Assembly (NCBI RefSeq): GCF_001194135.2
Contig: NC_068983.1
Span: 103,090,299-103,150,967, forward strand
DNA: 60,669 bases
Reading direction: 5' to 3'
Origin: Octopus bimaculoides
Taxonomy: Eukaryota
The notes beneath the pieces are model-generated. The model ran no database searches. It had not been told where the DNA came from and worked only from the letters and a program-made list of their open reading frames with translations. Each line of letters starts with the position of its first letter. Positions within the stretch are counted from its first letter, which is position 1. Below are positions 36,929 through 50,030 of the stretch, one piece after another. The translations under genes were made by a program, and so were the position numbers.

Positions 36929-37829
36929 NNNNNNNNNNNNNNNNNNNNNNNNNNNNNNNNNNNNNNNNNNNNNNNNNNNNNNNNNNNNNNNNNNNNNNNN
37001 NNNNNNNNNNNNNNNNNNNNNNNNNNNNNNNNNNNNNNNNNNNNNNNNNNNNNNNNNNNNNNNNNNNNNNNNNNNNNNNNNNNNNNNNNNNNNNNNNNNN
37101 NNNNNNNNNNNNNNNNNNNNNNNNNNNNNNNNNNNNNNNNNNNNNNNNNNNNNNNNNNNNNNNNNNNNNNNNNNNNNNNNNNNNNNNNNNNNNNNNNNNN
37201 NNNNNNNNNNNNNNNNNNNNNNNNNNNNNNNNNNNNNNNNNNNNNNNNNNNNNNNNNNNNNNNNNNNNNNNNNNNNNNNNNNNNNNNNNNNNNNNNNNNN
37301 NNNNNNNNNNNNNNNNNNNNNNNNNNNNNNNNNNNNNNNNNNNNNNNNNNNNNNNNNNNNNNNNNNNNNNNNNNNNNNNNNNNNNNNNNNNNNNNNNNNN
37401 NNNNNNNNNNNNNNNNNNNNNNNNNNNNNNNNNNNNNNNNNNNNNNNNNNNNNNNNNNNNNNNNNNNNNNNNNNNNNNNNNNNNNNNNNNNNNNNNNNNN
37501 NNNNNNNNNNNNNNNNNNNNNNNNNNNNNNNNNNNNNNNNNNNNNNNNNNNNNNNNNNNNNNNNNNNNNNNNNNNNNNNNNNNNNNNNNNNNNNNNNNNN
37601 NNNNNNNNNNNNNNNNNNNNNNNNNNNNNNNNNNNNNNNNNNNNNNNNNNNNNNNNNNNNNNNNNNNNNNNNNNNNNNNNNNNNNNNNNNNNNNNNNNNN
37701 NNNNNNNNNNNNNNNNNNNNNNNNNNNNNNNNNNNNNNNNNNNNNNNNNNNNNNNNNNNNNNNNNNNNNNNNNNNNNNNNNNNNNNNNNNNNNNNNNNNN
37801 NNNNNNNNNNNNNNNNNNNNNNNNNNNNN

Positions 37830-38367
37830 GGAAGAAAGGTTCTTCTCTCTATCTGGTGGGGTTGCAAAGGAGTAATTCACTTTGAATTGTTACCACCTAA
37901 TGTAACAATCAATGCTCAAGTCTATTGTCAGCAATTAGAGTGTTTGAACCTAGCTTTGAAAAAAAAAAGACCCGCTTTTGTGAATCGAAAAGGAGTGATG
38001 TTTCATCAAGACAATGCGCGACCCCATACTGCAAAAATCACACCACAGAAGATCGAAGAGCTTGGTTGGGAAAAAATTCCTCATCCACCTTATTCTCCTG
38101 ACCTTGCTCCTTCAGACTACCATTTGTTTCGTAGTTTACAGAATCATTTGGGGCAATTACTTTCGCAAGCCAGGAGGAGGTCGAAACTGATATTTCAGAG
38201 TTCTTCGCTTTGAAACCAAAAGAGTTTTACATTGATGGGATTAAAAAGCTTGTGAATAGATAGAAGGAAGTCATAGATAATCAGGGAAAGTACATTGATG
38301 ATAAAATTTCAATTAAATATAACATTTGATCATTTGTTTTCTTTATTCAAAATTCGGACAGACCTGA
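37830..38367 (+). pseudogene. Mariner DD34D transposase, 3' half with right TIR
   Basis: VMFHQDNARPH...PHPPYSPDLAPSDYHLFRSL (34 residues between the two Asp); frameshift and stop afterwards; ends ...ggacagacctga|TA. Confidence 0.9.
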
Positions 38368-38970
38368 TATTATCATTAAGGTGGCTAGCAGGCAGAATCA
38401 TGAATTGTTAGAAAGTTGGAAAAAAATGCTTCGCAGTATTTCTTTCTGGCTGTTTACGCTTTGTATTCAAATTTTACTGAGGTCAACATCGCCTTTCATT
38501 GTTTGGGGGTTTATAAAATAAAGTACAAACCAATGGGGTCGATGTAATCGATTAAAGCTGCATCACACAAAAAAAAAATGTTGGTTATGTATCTAAATTA
38601 TCAACAATTATTAATACTTTGTTTCCCAACCCCATTTATTGTTGATCACTTTTGTGGCACCGTTGTTCCATAATAAATTTGTCACTAGAAAAGGATACTT
38701 GTGGTGCTCCCTTTCTTTAATGCCCTTAGTACGTGCTCATTGTGCTTAACGCTTAATCCGAGTATGGTAGGAACCTTAACAGCATTAATTTACTAAATTT
38801 TTCTGTTTCTAGCGCACGTGAATTACACCACCAAGTCTCTAGAAACAAATGATTATTTGTGCCTATTAACCTGTATATCTATTCTTGTTGTTTTCATTAA
38901 GTTTGTTGGAAAGTCTGTCTACTTAGCGTTATACACCAGTCCCTTTCACCCTATCTTTCTCTACCTCATA

Positions 38971-39017
<47 letters not shown>

Positions 39018-39038
39018 ACACACACACACACACACATA

Positions 39039-39300
39039 GATATATTAATAATAATAAAGTGTATGAAGACTTGTACACCCACAGAATTTATTTTATAGTT
39101 ATATACAGCATATTATGAGGACATACACATGTTTCCGGTGCAGCGACTACTCAATGCTGCAAATGCAACCTTACAAACTGTGAGTAGTCGCTGCAGCGGA
39201 AACACGTGTAGGTCATTATAATATGCTGTATATAACCATAAAATAAATTTTATTGATGCTCAATTCTCCATACTCTTTATCATTATCAATATTTATATAT
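39039..39300. repeat. Foldback palindrome/MITE with arms of about 115 bp
   Basis: The inner arm ttatatacagcatattat...acacatgtttccggtgcagcgactactca pairs with tgagtagtcgctgcagcggaaacacgtgt...ataatatgctgtatataa. Confidence 0.8.
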
Positions 39301-39486
39301 ACTCCAGACAATTTTTACCGTCCAGCGTAGAATACACGGAATTACCCATCGGAAGAATTCACGGAGTGACTAACAACTAAATATAGACACAGGCGTTGGA
39401 TACTGATCGTTGTGGTTAGCCGTCAACTAGAACTCAGCTGAGAGCTAATACGGTTTCCGCCCGGATAATATATCCCTCCAAACTCA

Positions 39487-39590
<104 letters not shown>

Positions 39591-40750
39591 AGTAAAAATA
39601 AATACAAAAAAGGTGGGTTTTTTGTATGATTGTGTATAGAGGAATATATTATTTTGTTTAAAAGAGTTCCAACACTGTTTTTTTATGTTTTATTTATATT
39701 CCTGCAGAACCAATGTGGGGTATAGAATATGGAATATACAATATATAATATAATATACAATATATAATATAAAATAAAATAAAATAAAAATGGATGGCAC
39801 CATGAAAGAAAGTATTGAATGTAGATGAAATATTGAGTGTTCAATATAAAGGATCAAATATATAAATATATAAATATAAATATATAAAGGCGACTCGAGT
39901 TTCAGGGCTATTTCCCTTCGAAGGGAAATGATGGCTTTATTATGCAGTTTATACTATGTGTGACGAAACTCAGTTTCTTCTCAGACAAATGCAGATACTT
40001 ATTTTAGTTACCGGGCAAAGAACGAAAATCTACCTCAGATCTGTCAAGATTTTTATTGAGACTCTTGGAATTTCATTTTCGTGAAATGAAGAAGAGTAGA
40101 ACGAGGTAATTTGCGGTTGCTAGTCTGGTATTATGCAATTCTGATATAAAATAACATCGGGTACAAATATGCATTTCATTGCTGTAAGATCCTTAACATA
40201 CAATCTAGTAAAAGCCTTAGTCAACCCAACAGAAGGGTAATTTTTCCCCTCCATACGGCTACACCCCGGAATAGCGAATTTCTAATGAGTAAACAGTGAG
40301 ATCAAATTCAGAGAGAAACGCAAAGACAGTCTAGTACTGCCTAATTCAGTATTTTGGTAACTTCCGCAGAAACATTGGTGCCAACCTGTAAGAACACAAC
40401 CACACAATCCAAGACTAGCGGAGAAAATTTTTCAGTCGAGCGGGGATTATTTTTCACGAAAATAGGCTTTAGGAAGAATTGCCGTTAAAATTAAGAGACA
40501 CAATGATAGATAGTTTACAGTATATTGCGGTTCTAATGGTTGTATATTGATTCGTTCGGAAATTATTTAAGATTTTCTAATCCTAAAGTTCAGTCATAAG
40601 CATATCGTAAACTTTTATAACTTTTCATCAGAACGTATTGTTGTATATAAATGAGATGCCTTCTGAAGTTGGAAGGTGGCTTGATTACTAAGTTCAGGAC
40701 GAGTAACTAACAGGAAATAGAATTTAGTATCAAAGATGGAGTGATAAACT

Positions 40751-41580
40751 TAAGAAGGCCGGTTGAAAAGTTCATAGGCTGACCAAGATACTCTCATAGA
40801 GTGTATTTATTTTTCAACATAGTCCACACGATTTTTTCACTGGTGTTGTAGTGCTTGGATCTCATTGGTGGAGACGCTTTCATCTGTTGCTCAAAAAGTC
40901 ATCAACAGCAGAGATCACTGCGATACTGGTTCCCAGCCAAGTATTTTTTTGTTTTTCATGTTGGGGAAACAGGTGATAGTCAGTTGGGGGCCAAATCAGG
41001 AGAATAGGGATAGTAATCAACCAGTTCAAAGCTACAGTCACGCACAGCAACCATTGAAAGCAAGGATCTGTGTGCTGGAGCAAGATCCTTTTCGTCAGTT
41101 TTCTTTGGTGTTTGGTTTTGATAACCTTTCGTAACTGCCTCAGCAAGATAACATATACCCTTTTCGAAGATAGTCAAGTAACATAATGCCTTTTGCATTT
41201 CAAATAACAGAGGTCGTCGCCTTCCCTGCAGATGAAACGACATTTGCTTTTTTGGAGCAAGTGAGGAGGGGAGTTGCCACTGCATGGATTGTCACTTATC
41301 CTGATTCAAGGAAACCAGCTAGATCTGCCTGAAATAATATCAGATTTTCCCGTGATATGATCAGCCTGGTGCTCTTTTGATCAGGTGTCAGAAGGCGTGG
41401 TACCACCGAGCAGAAACCTTCGTCATACCAAGTTCGTTATGTAGAATATTCTCAGCTCTCTCCCGGGATATAATAACTTTTACTATTTGATTTATTGTCA
41501 ATCACCTGTCATCTATCACCATGTGCTGAACACAATCAATATTTTTCTGCAGGGCATCCAGACCTTGGGTCATCGTAAGT
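40751..41580 (-). pseudogene. Decayed mariner transposase with TIR
   Basis: Minus-strand DDPRSGCP..NIDCVQHMVIDDR and YPYSPDLAP.DYHLFP; TIR-like taagaaggccggttgaaaagttcatagg at 40751. Confidence 0.75.
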
Positions 41581-41591
41581 ACATGTGATAT

Positions 41592-41984
41592 GTTGTTGTT
41601 GGCACTCCGTCGTTTACGACGTCGAGGGTTCCAGTTGATCCGATCAACGGAACAGCCTGCTCGTGAAGTTAACGTGCAAGTGGCTGAGCACTCCACAGAC
41701 ACGTGTACCCTCAACGTAGTTTTCGGGAAAATTCAGCGTGATACAGTGTGACAAGGCTGACCCTTTGAATTACAGGCACAACAGAAACAGGAAGTAAGAG
41801 TGAGAGTGAGAGAAAGTTGTGGTGGAAGAGTACAGCAGGGTTCGCCACCATCCCCTGCCGGAGCCTCGTGGAGTTTTAGGTGTTTTCGCTCAATAAACAC
41901 TCACAACGCTCGGTCTGAGAATCGAAACCGCAATCCTATGACCGCGAGTCCACTGCCCTAACCACTGGGCCATTGCGCCTCCAC
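41592..41984 (-). mobile_element. tRNA-derived SINE (family A), full length
   Basis: A-box tggcccagtgg and B-box ggtttcgattc; (CAA)n tail; 11-bp TSD acatgtgatat (41581-41591, 41985-41995). Confidence 0.92.
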
Positions 41985-42854
41985 ACATGTGATATAGCAA
42001 TAGCGAAACTACTACATAGAATGTCTTAGTCATATGCTAAGGCCTTATATTTATGATGGAATGGTATCAAACCAAATAAATTAATTTCAAGATAGTTGCT
42101 TTTCATTCAGAATCTCTTAAATTAAAATGTCAACTAGTATTTTTAATGGCAATCAAATTCCTTTCTAATGTTATCCATTCACTTTATTTCATTCACTTTG
42201 ACATTCCATTACATAATTCTTCCTAACTTGCTGACAGAAGTATCCTCATGCCTTCTCACTATTAAAGTAATTAACATTAACTAAAACTAGAGTCGTCTCA
42301 GCAGCATTATAGCCCCCTCCCTGTGGGCGTGTGGGTGGCGGGAAAATCACAATGCAACGGGCCCCACAGTATTTATTTATTGACAGCAAACAATAGCATA
42401 CATAAATCAGAACTGGATTCCTAGACCCATGAGGCCCCCGGGAAACTTCCCAGTGTGCCCATGCCTTATGACTGCATAGAACAGACAGGGCTATAACAAA
42501 GAGGAAATAAGTGTTTCTTGTAGATTTACTCCGTCGATACATTTTGATTCTTAGTCGTTGATGTTAGACTTGTAATAAAGAAATAATCTTGACAAAAAAA
42601 TAACTTTAAGAAAATCATGAACATCGTAACCTATATCAATTCTTCTCTTCTATAAATCAAAAGCCGTATGTGTATGTAAAAAAAAAACAAATGATAGATG
42701 TTAAATAGGGAGACAGGGAGGTGGGATCAGAAGGAAAATAGAGCATAAAATTGCTTCCTTACTACTTTTGTTATGTTGAATTTTTAAGCAGTTGATATAG
42801 CGTTTAGTTTTATATCGATCAATACCACTCTTCAAAATGGTGATTATCATTATA

Positions 42855-43415
42855 ATCGAGTGAGAGAGCAATCCGTGCCATCAAAGTGACACTGGGGTAC
42901 AAATATAAGAAGCCCAATATACCCATCATGGCTACTCGTCTGATAAGACAGGTAGCCATGATGCACATGCATCACAACCATATATGTACGACATAGGGAT
43001 CTTATATCAAAATAAATAGCGTGTGACCTTGCAGCTGGAGCCCAGTTAAAACTTTCTTCGTGCTGAGTAACCCATTCCACTCAAAAGGTCCCTGAATGAG
43101 GGTTGTTTAAGGATGATGAACGAAACACTCGTGTTTCAAGGGGTGAATTGTTCGAACCCCAAAGAATTCCTCTCAACAAATGGCTATAATGTTCCCCACT
43201 GCTCCTGCTTGTGACCAGAGATGCACATATTGTCAGTCACTAAGGGACATGGTCAACTGGTTGAGGTCCAGCGACTGACAAGCAACTCTGTGGTATCGAA
43301 CAGAATATTTGCTGTAGTCCATCTTTTTACATCAAGACAAAACATGTAAATGATAACACTTCCAATCAGTTAAGATCAGAAGCCATGAGAGCCACTGCCT
43401 GGTACTGCATGAGGG
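42855..43415 (-). mobile_element. Probable retroposon/LINE 3' repeat ending in (AAT)n
   Basis: GC-richer block whose minus strand ends ...ctctctcactcgattataatg; resembles a repeat I recall from octopus DNA, not verified. Confidence 0.35.
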
Positions 43416-43418
43416 CAT

Positions 43419-43422
43419 AATG

Positions 43423-43475
<53 letters not shown>

Positions 43476-43477
43476 TA
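43419..43477. repeat. (TAA)n microsatellite
   Basis: Seen directly. Confidence 0.95.
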
Positions 43478-43487
43478 GGCACGGAAG

Positions 43488-44160
43488 TGCCGTCAGCTGA
43501 GCATGTCCGAGATGGGCGCAGGATGACGAGATGATCCTGCATGCACTCGTCCAGTGCCCGAGCATTGCTAACCTGAAGATTTATGATGAACACCTGCTGT
43601 CGCGTGTGGGACAGATCCGGCTGTCAACTGAATCCATCGTGAAGATCGCCTCGCTGCCTAACTTTAATCGGGAAGGAAAGGCTGATTTTATATGCCTCGT
43701 GGCCATGGCGAAAGAGATTGTGTGGTGGACGAGATTGAAGGGGCTGAAGACAAACACTTTTCTCTTTGGCCAATCCCTTTGGCTAAGTTTCACTTGAAAA
43801 GGAAAATAAAGGTAGAGAGGGAAGTGTTGTCTTCTAGTCAGTTTGCTGAAAGGTGGCTGAAAGTGGCGAGAATGATACGAGTAAACGGGCCTGCCCTGAG
43901 CATACTCCTGTAGTTGGAAAAAAGGAAAGGAAAATCAAGACACCTGCCCCAAAAGTCAGGGTACCCATGGTTTTTTTTTTATGAGGTTTTTCCATGAGCA
44001 GCCCTCGAACGTTTCCTCTCTATTGAGGATTACACATTGTTGATTTCTCTTTTTCCTTTTTTTTAAATTTTGTTAGTCTTGTTTACTCGCAAAACTCTTA
44101 CAACACACACTCATACACATTCTTTGTTTTGTCCTGTGCTGTCCATGATGTTTTTCTTAA
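43488..44160 (+). mobile_element. 5'-truncated Tx1/L1-like LINE (ORF2 C-terminal zinc finger plus 3'UTR)
   Basis: ACPRWAQDDEMILHALVQCP...MAKEIVWWTR...FHLKRKIKVEREVLSSSQFAERWLKV; T-rich 3'UTR ending tgtaatcccttgtggttaagaaaaaaa. Confidence 0.7.
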
Positions 44161-44213
44161 ATGTAATCCCTTGTGGTTAAGAAAAAAAACACATTATTAT
44201 TACTATCATTTTA

Positions 44214-44424
44214 GGTGGCGAGCTGGCAGAATCGCTAACACGCCGGGCGAAATGCTTAGCGGTATTTCGTCCGTCGCTACGTTCTGAGTTCAAATTCCGC
44301 CGAGGTCGACTTTGCCTTTCATCCTTTCGGGGTCGATAAATTAATTACCAGTCAAGTACTGGGGTCGATGTGGTCGACTATCTTCCTCCCTCAAATTTCA
44401 GGCCTTGTGCCTATAGTAGAAAGG

Positions 44425-44427
<3 letters not shown>
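44214..44427 (+). mobile_element. MetaSINE-like SINE (family B), full monomer
   Basis: ggtggcgagctggcagaatcgctaacacg...gaggtcgactttgcctttcatcctttcggggtcgataaatta...agaaaggatt(att)n. Confidence 0.9.
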
Positions 44428-44457
<30 letters not shown>

Positions 44458-44784
44458 AATAATAATAATGATAATATTGAATTACTCGAATTTAAATAAC
44501 ATCGATAAATAAAACCATAAAAAATTTAAACAAAAAACATTGACACTTTTTCTAGATGTAGGAAATAAATGAGAAGGATTTAGTGGTTTGGCAGAGAAAA
44601 TGATTTTAACAAGACAATCACTAGCTGACAAGAATAAATAAAAATAACCTGATTGATGTATTTCTTCTCTAGTTCACTGGATGTGACTAGAATTCTCATT
44701 AGTATTCTTAAAACTTAGATATAAAAATCAAGATCAGTCCAGACTTGTAAAAAAAAGCTGTAGAAGTAACTTGAGAAGAATGCG

Positions 44785-44823
<39 letters not shown>

Positions 44824-45177
44824 CTTTTCTTAAATGTCATTCTTAAGAGCGGAGAGAGTAACCGTAACTTTGTTCAGGCTTTAAAACGACTGATGGATAA
44901 GGATAACTGTGTGAGGCTAATGTATTTCATTTTAAGGCTGGAGTTTAGAAGTTCGCTTTGCAAGCCGATGTTTTTGAGTTTGATTTCATTACACGGTATT
45001 TGGGTAAGCGTCTGTTACTACGGCTTCGAATTGACCAATGTCTTTTGAAAGAAATTTGACAAAAGAAAACTGAAAAGCCCCCTTCCATTCTTGATGTTTC
45101 AAAGTGATTCGTTTCCCCAACGGCTCTCTGCGAGTACTGTAGAGTGGTATAGTAAGTTACTAGTTAATAGTACCAGG

Positions 45178-47843
45178 CAGCGCTGCCAGTGACTGTACGT
45201 TCGTATAAAACTGTACTTTTGGCCAAAATTTCGATGTGCTGTACGTTCAGGTGAATTTGCTGTACGTTCAGGTGAATTTGCTGTACGTTTTTGTGATCTT
45301 ACCATTGGTTTTTAAAATTCAGGTTTTGACGCATTGATTGATTGATTTTTCACATATGCGTGTTTGTGAGCTTAATAAAAATAAAAGTACGTCCAGTTTG
45401 CTTTCGCAAACGCGTCTGCATGCACGCACGCGTTGACTGAGGTCAAGGGCGTCTGTAATTTTGGGTGGACGTATATACGTCCTGTTTACCACGCCATAGT
45501 TGTCATAACATAAGAAGTTTTCTCACAAACTGAAGGTACATGATTGTTTTGTTTTTTTAAGTTTGATAAATTAGACTCAATTTTACAGTGCTTATTTATA
45601 CAATCCCGCCGTATCAATCTGAACACAAACATGGATTTCTTAACCCAGATTTTAAACGGTATGTAATGTGTTTAATAATTTGATTAATTCAAATAAAGCT
45701 TACAGAACTATAACTGGAGCAAGATATGAGTGATAGAACTTTGAAAACAGAACATTCCTCAGATAATGACCGTGAAGCACCAGATAAGAAGAAGGCTAGA
45801 TGGGCATCGTATGAAAGAAAACTTCCGCAAAAATTGTTGTGCGATGAAAAATTTTCTAGTTGGTTGGAGCGAGGCAAGAACGATTCAGCTAAAGGTAAAT
45901 GCATATTATACAAGTGTGAAATTACCGGTAGTTTCAGCCAAATTTTACAACATGAGCAGACAGAAAAACACCGCAAGAATGCAAATCAAGCAAAAAAAGT
46001 TGACCAATTATTTCAAGGCCTCATCATTTTCTTCCCATTCCAAGAAAGGAACAGCTGCTGAATTAAAATACTGTGCATTTGTTGCTGAGCATAATCTCCC
46101 AATTTCTGTTTTGGACCACTTACCTGGCCTTGTTGCAAACGCCTGTCCTGATTCTAAAATCGCCCAGGATGCAAAGTGTGCCCGAACGAAAGGCATATAC
46201 ATCTTTCTTAAAGCCATTGGCCCCCTACAGCATCAACGCTTTATTTTTAAAAAAAACTTCATTCATCAAAATTCTCACTCGTTATTGATGAAACAACTGA
46301 TGTTTCAACACTAAAACAACTTGTCCTGGTTTCCAGATATTATGATGCTGAAATTCAAAAGACAGTCGACGATTTTCTTACACTTATAGAAAAACAGGAT
46401 TGCAGTGCTACAGGTATATACAACTGTCTTCTATCATTTTTAAACGAACACGCTATTCCTCTGGAAAATTTGATTGGTTTCGCCTGTGATAATGCAAATG
46501 TTATGATGGGAAGCAAAGGAGGCGTTCAGCACTTGTTGAAGCACAACAGGCCAGATCTTTTTTGTGTAGGCTTGTGTTTGTCATTCTTTACACTTATGTT
46601 CATCAAACCCATGCAATGAATTACCGAATTCTGTCGAAGAATTGACAAGAAGTATTTATGCATACTTTAGTCACAGTCCTAAGCGTATCAATGAATTTAA
46701 AGATCTGCAGAAAAAAGCTTCAATTGATCCTCACAAAATCCTGCATGCAAGTTGCACTAGATGGCTGTCTCTCAAGCAAGTTGTGCAGCGCATTTTAGAG
46801 CAGTGGCCAACACTGCTGGCATATTTCACACAAGCAACATTAGAGGGTGGGTGTCCGATTACGGCTCGACGAATTCTCACTGAAATGAAGTATCCTCTTA
46901 CAAAGATATATTTAGCATTTCATTTTAAATGACGTTAACAAACTTAATCTGGAATTCCAAGCCGAAGGCTATCGGATGCATAAGCTTAAAAAGAGCTATC
47001 AACGCTGGAATGTAGGGAATTTTGAGCAATTTCATCAGACCTGATTTACTTTCTGTCATCAGTGTGTGTGAGATTAATGTCAACTATGAAACGACACACC
47101 AACCATTAGATTGTATCTACTTTGGCGCTGTAGCTGAGAGAATTTTATACGAAAATGCTACCACCATTGCCCCTGATGAATTGTTGACTTTCCGACAGAA
47201 TGTACTACGATTCTTTGTTAGTCTTTCAAATCAAATGCTCGAGCGGTTTTCGTCTTACGATATGCAGAACAATTTGGGATTACTAGAGGCGTTGGACCCA
47301 ACGAACGTAATTGATGGAAGGCCAAGGTCAATTATACCACTTATCATGCGATTCGCAAGTCTTTGTGATGAAAAAGATTTCGAAGAAATTATTCAGGAAT
47401 GGCGCCACTTGCTGTTTCACAAGAGAAATGTGGTGATAAGTACCACTATCCACTGTTGTCATCTTTTATGCTCAGTCTTCTTTCTTTACCACACCCCTCT
47501 GCATTGCTAGAAAGAATTTTCTCTGATTACCACAATATCAAAACTAAAAATCGAAAATGATTGAAAACTTCTACGCTTAATGCTCTTAGGTAACTTAGGT
47601 TACGAAATACCGATTGTACGACGTGGGAACCGGATGAACAACTTTGTAAAACATTATTTGAAACAGAAATTGGTACAACAGAGAACCTCCTCACGAAGAT
47701 GATTTTTCTTTTTGATGTGCAAACATTTAACGTTTCAATGAATGTTTTCCAAATTAAAAAAATGTATAAAAAGTTCGTTTTGACTGTATTTGGGGGCTTC
47801 AGTAAAATTTTGTACGCTTTGAAAAAAACCTTTGGCAGCGCTG
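45178..47843 (+). mobile_element. Full-length hAT DNA transposon with a frameshifted transposase
   Basis: 11-bp TIR CAGCGCTGCCA at both ends; 8-bp TSD gtaccagg / gtaccaag; motifs IDETTD, CDNANVMMG, CHSLH, TRWLS and ERIFS in shifting frames (45726-47570). Confidence 0.92.
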
Positions 47844-48254
47844 GTACCAAGTCATCTTCTGATTGAATTATATTTGGTTATGTCCCTTTATTTCGTCGGG
47901 GTTGTCTTTGTCTCTTATGAATGAATTACTAAGTAACTGTACCAAACTGTATTTTTACCGTCGATACTACGGCCATAGTGTATGCATGATGAAAACAATG
48001 GAAGTGAATTATCATTTGGGTAAACAGTAGATACAGTAAGAGACTTAATATATTAGCCGGTTTAACACCAACACTTGACCATTGAGTACTTTGGGCAGAA
48101 CCCGCTATGTTGCAAATATTCAGGCTGGAGCCTGGAAGAAAATTTCTTTCTATCCTAGAAAATCCCAAGCAAAGTTATGAGTGTTGTCTTTCATAATCTA
48201 ATTTGGGACAGCGTTTCCAAAAGAGAAATGGGTGCCACTAGAACGCTGATCATA

Positions 48255-48675
48255 CTGTAGGCACAGTTACCTCTCCTGACGGTAGCTGTCTAAAAAGCCC
48301 GCCGCTACGTAGAACAGCATGTAACTTTGGGGTTCCGGGACTTGATCCTCTCTCTTGTCACCGCGACCAACAGCGAACGAAGACGTGACTTCCTTAGCTG
48401 TTGCATGAGGCACGCAAAAGTTAATAGTCTTTAAGCAGCTATAACATAGGATACACAGAAGCTGAACATGGCCTTTCACTTGTAAATATCTTTTGTGATT
48501 TATTCAACTTGTGCATATATGTGACCTGGAGTAAAAGCATTTAAAAGCTACAGCTTGGTTCTGTGAATATTCATTGTACAGTGGTCTTCCGTCGAATGAC
48601 ATCTTCTATTCCAGCTTTCCGAACGGAGTCGTTATTAGATGGTTTCACCACGGGAGACCACGACCATCTAAAATG
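48255..48675. repeat. Unclassified interspersed repeat X; partial copy at 49040-49140, diverged copy at 51183-51580
   Basis: gaatgacatcttctattccagcttt.gaacggagtcgttattagatggtttcacc is shared; the upstream part is also shared with 51183. Confidence 0.65.
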
Positions 48676-49218
48676 GTGACCCCCGCGGGGGAATATCTTC
48701 ATAATGAAATATTCATATAAATTGCTAACCCTCCACGTTCGTACATATTCTAAGTTTGGTGATCCTTCTTGGAAGAATTTCTGAACCTGTGGATACATGC
48801 ATTCTTTTTTCTCCTTTTCGACTTTGTCTACGCGGCTAAACCGCCATATTGTCTTCTCTTCCAAAGTTTTTGGCGCCATTTTTAAGCGGGAACTGCTCAT
48901 CACTTTTTCCTCGTGTTGCAACTGAAATTACAACTTTGTTCTTCCAAGACACAGCTTCCCAGGATAATTTTTCTTCTTTTCACATAAATGAAGTTATATT
49001 TAACAGCCAGTGTTATCCGGAATTCACACGGATAACAATTGTACAGTGTTCTTCCTTTGAATGACATCTTCTATTCCAGCTTTCTGAACGGAGTCGTTAT
49101 TAGATGGTTTCACCACGGGAGACCACAACCATCTAAAATACAATAAAGTTTGAACCCTGGTTACAATATTTGTAACAAACACATTAGCTGTTTGATAATT
49201 TTGTTGTATTCTCCTTGA

Positions 49219-49609
49219 GTGGAGGCGCAATGGCCCTGTGGTTAGGGCAGCGGACTCGCGGTCATAGGATCGCGGTTTCGATTCCCAGACCGGGCGTTGT
49301 AAGTATTTATTGAGCGAAAACACCTAAAAGCTCCACGAGGCTCCGGCAGGGGGTGGTGGCGAACCCTGCTGTACTCTTTCACCACAACTTTCTGTCCCTC
49401 TTTCTTCCTGTTTTTGTTGTACCTGTATTTCACAGGGCCAGCCTTGTCACACTGTGTCACGCTGAATATCCCCGAGAACTACGTTAAGGGTACACGTGTC
49501 TGTGGAGTGCTCAGCCACTTGCACGTTAATTTCACGAGCAGGCTGTTCCGTTGATCGGATCAACTGGAACCCTCGATGTCGTAAGCAACGGAGTGCCAGC
49601 AACAACAAA
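49219..49609 (+). mobile_element. tRNA-derived SINE (family A), full length
   Basis: gtggaggcgcaatggccctgtggttaggg...gtgccagcaacaacaaa; 11-bp TSD attctccttga / attctccatga. Confidence 0.92.
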
Positions 49610-49809
49610 ATTCTCCATGAATTTGGTCATTCTTTAGATTTTTAAGAACTAAGCCTTGATTTAAATTAGTAAAACAGGTGTAAAAAAAGTTGTGGTTCTT
49701 TAGTCCGGGCTCACCAAATGTAACAGGTTAAGTTACAATTAAATTGTTCAAACTCTGTCAGAGTAATAATCAAAATGGAAACGAAAAATATTGCTTACAC
49801 AATTTATTT

Positions 49810-50030
49810 GCACGCCATTCGCGACCTTTTCCATGACATGAGCTCTCCCTCTCTTCTCCAGGTCAGATTCAGGTCTGAACACAACTGATTGATTGATTAA
49901 TCAAATGATTAATCAAACAATAGATTAGATTATTGGTTAAATAGCTAACCAATTAACTAATGAAGTGTAATTGAACTAGTGTGTGTGTTTATTATTTGTA
50001 TAATGATCCTCCTGAGACAAGGCTTTAATA
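49810..50030. repeat. Partial copy of foldback family F (centre and right arm)
   Basis: Aligns with 52050-52255. Confidence 0.6.

Noticed and set aside
2918-37885. Long ORFs in the track spanning N runs or microsatellites (e.g. 5806-6615, 20322-21152, 27287-28387, 36875-37885)
   Set aside because: Artefacts of N translation and simple repeats.
49219-49295. tRNA-like A/B boxes at SINE heads
   Set aside because: These are SINE promoters continuing into SINE bodies, not tRNA genes.
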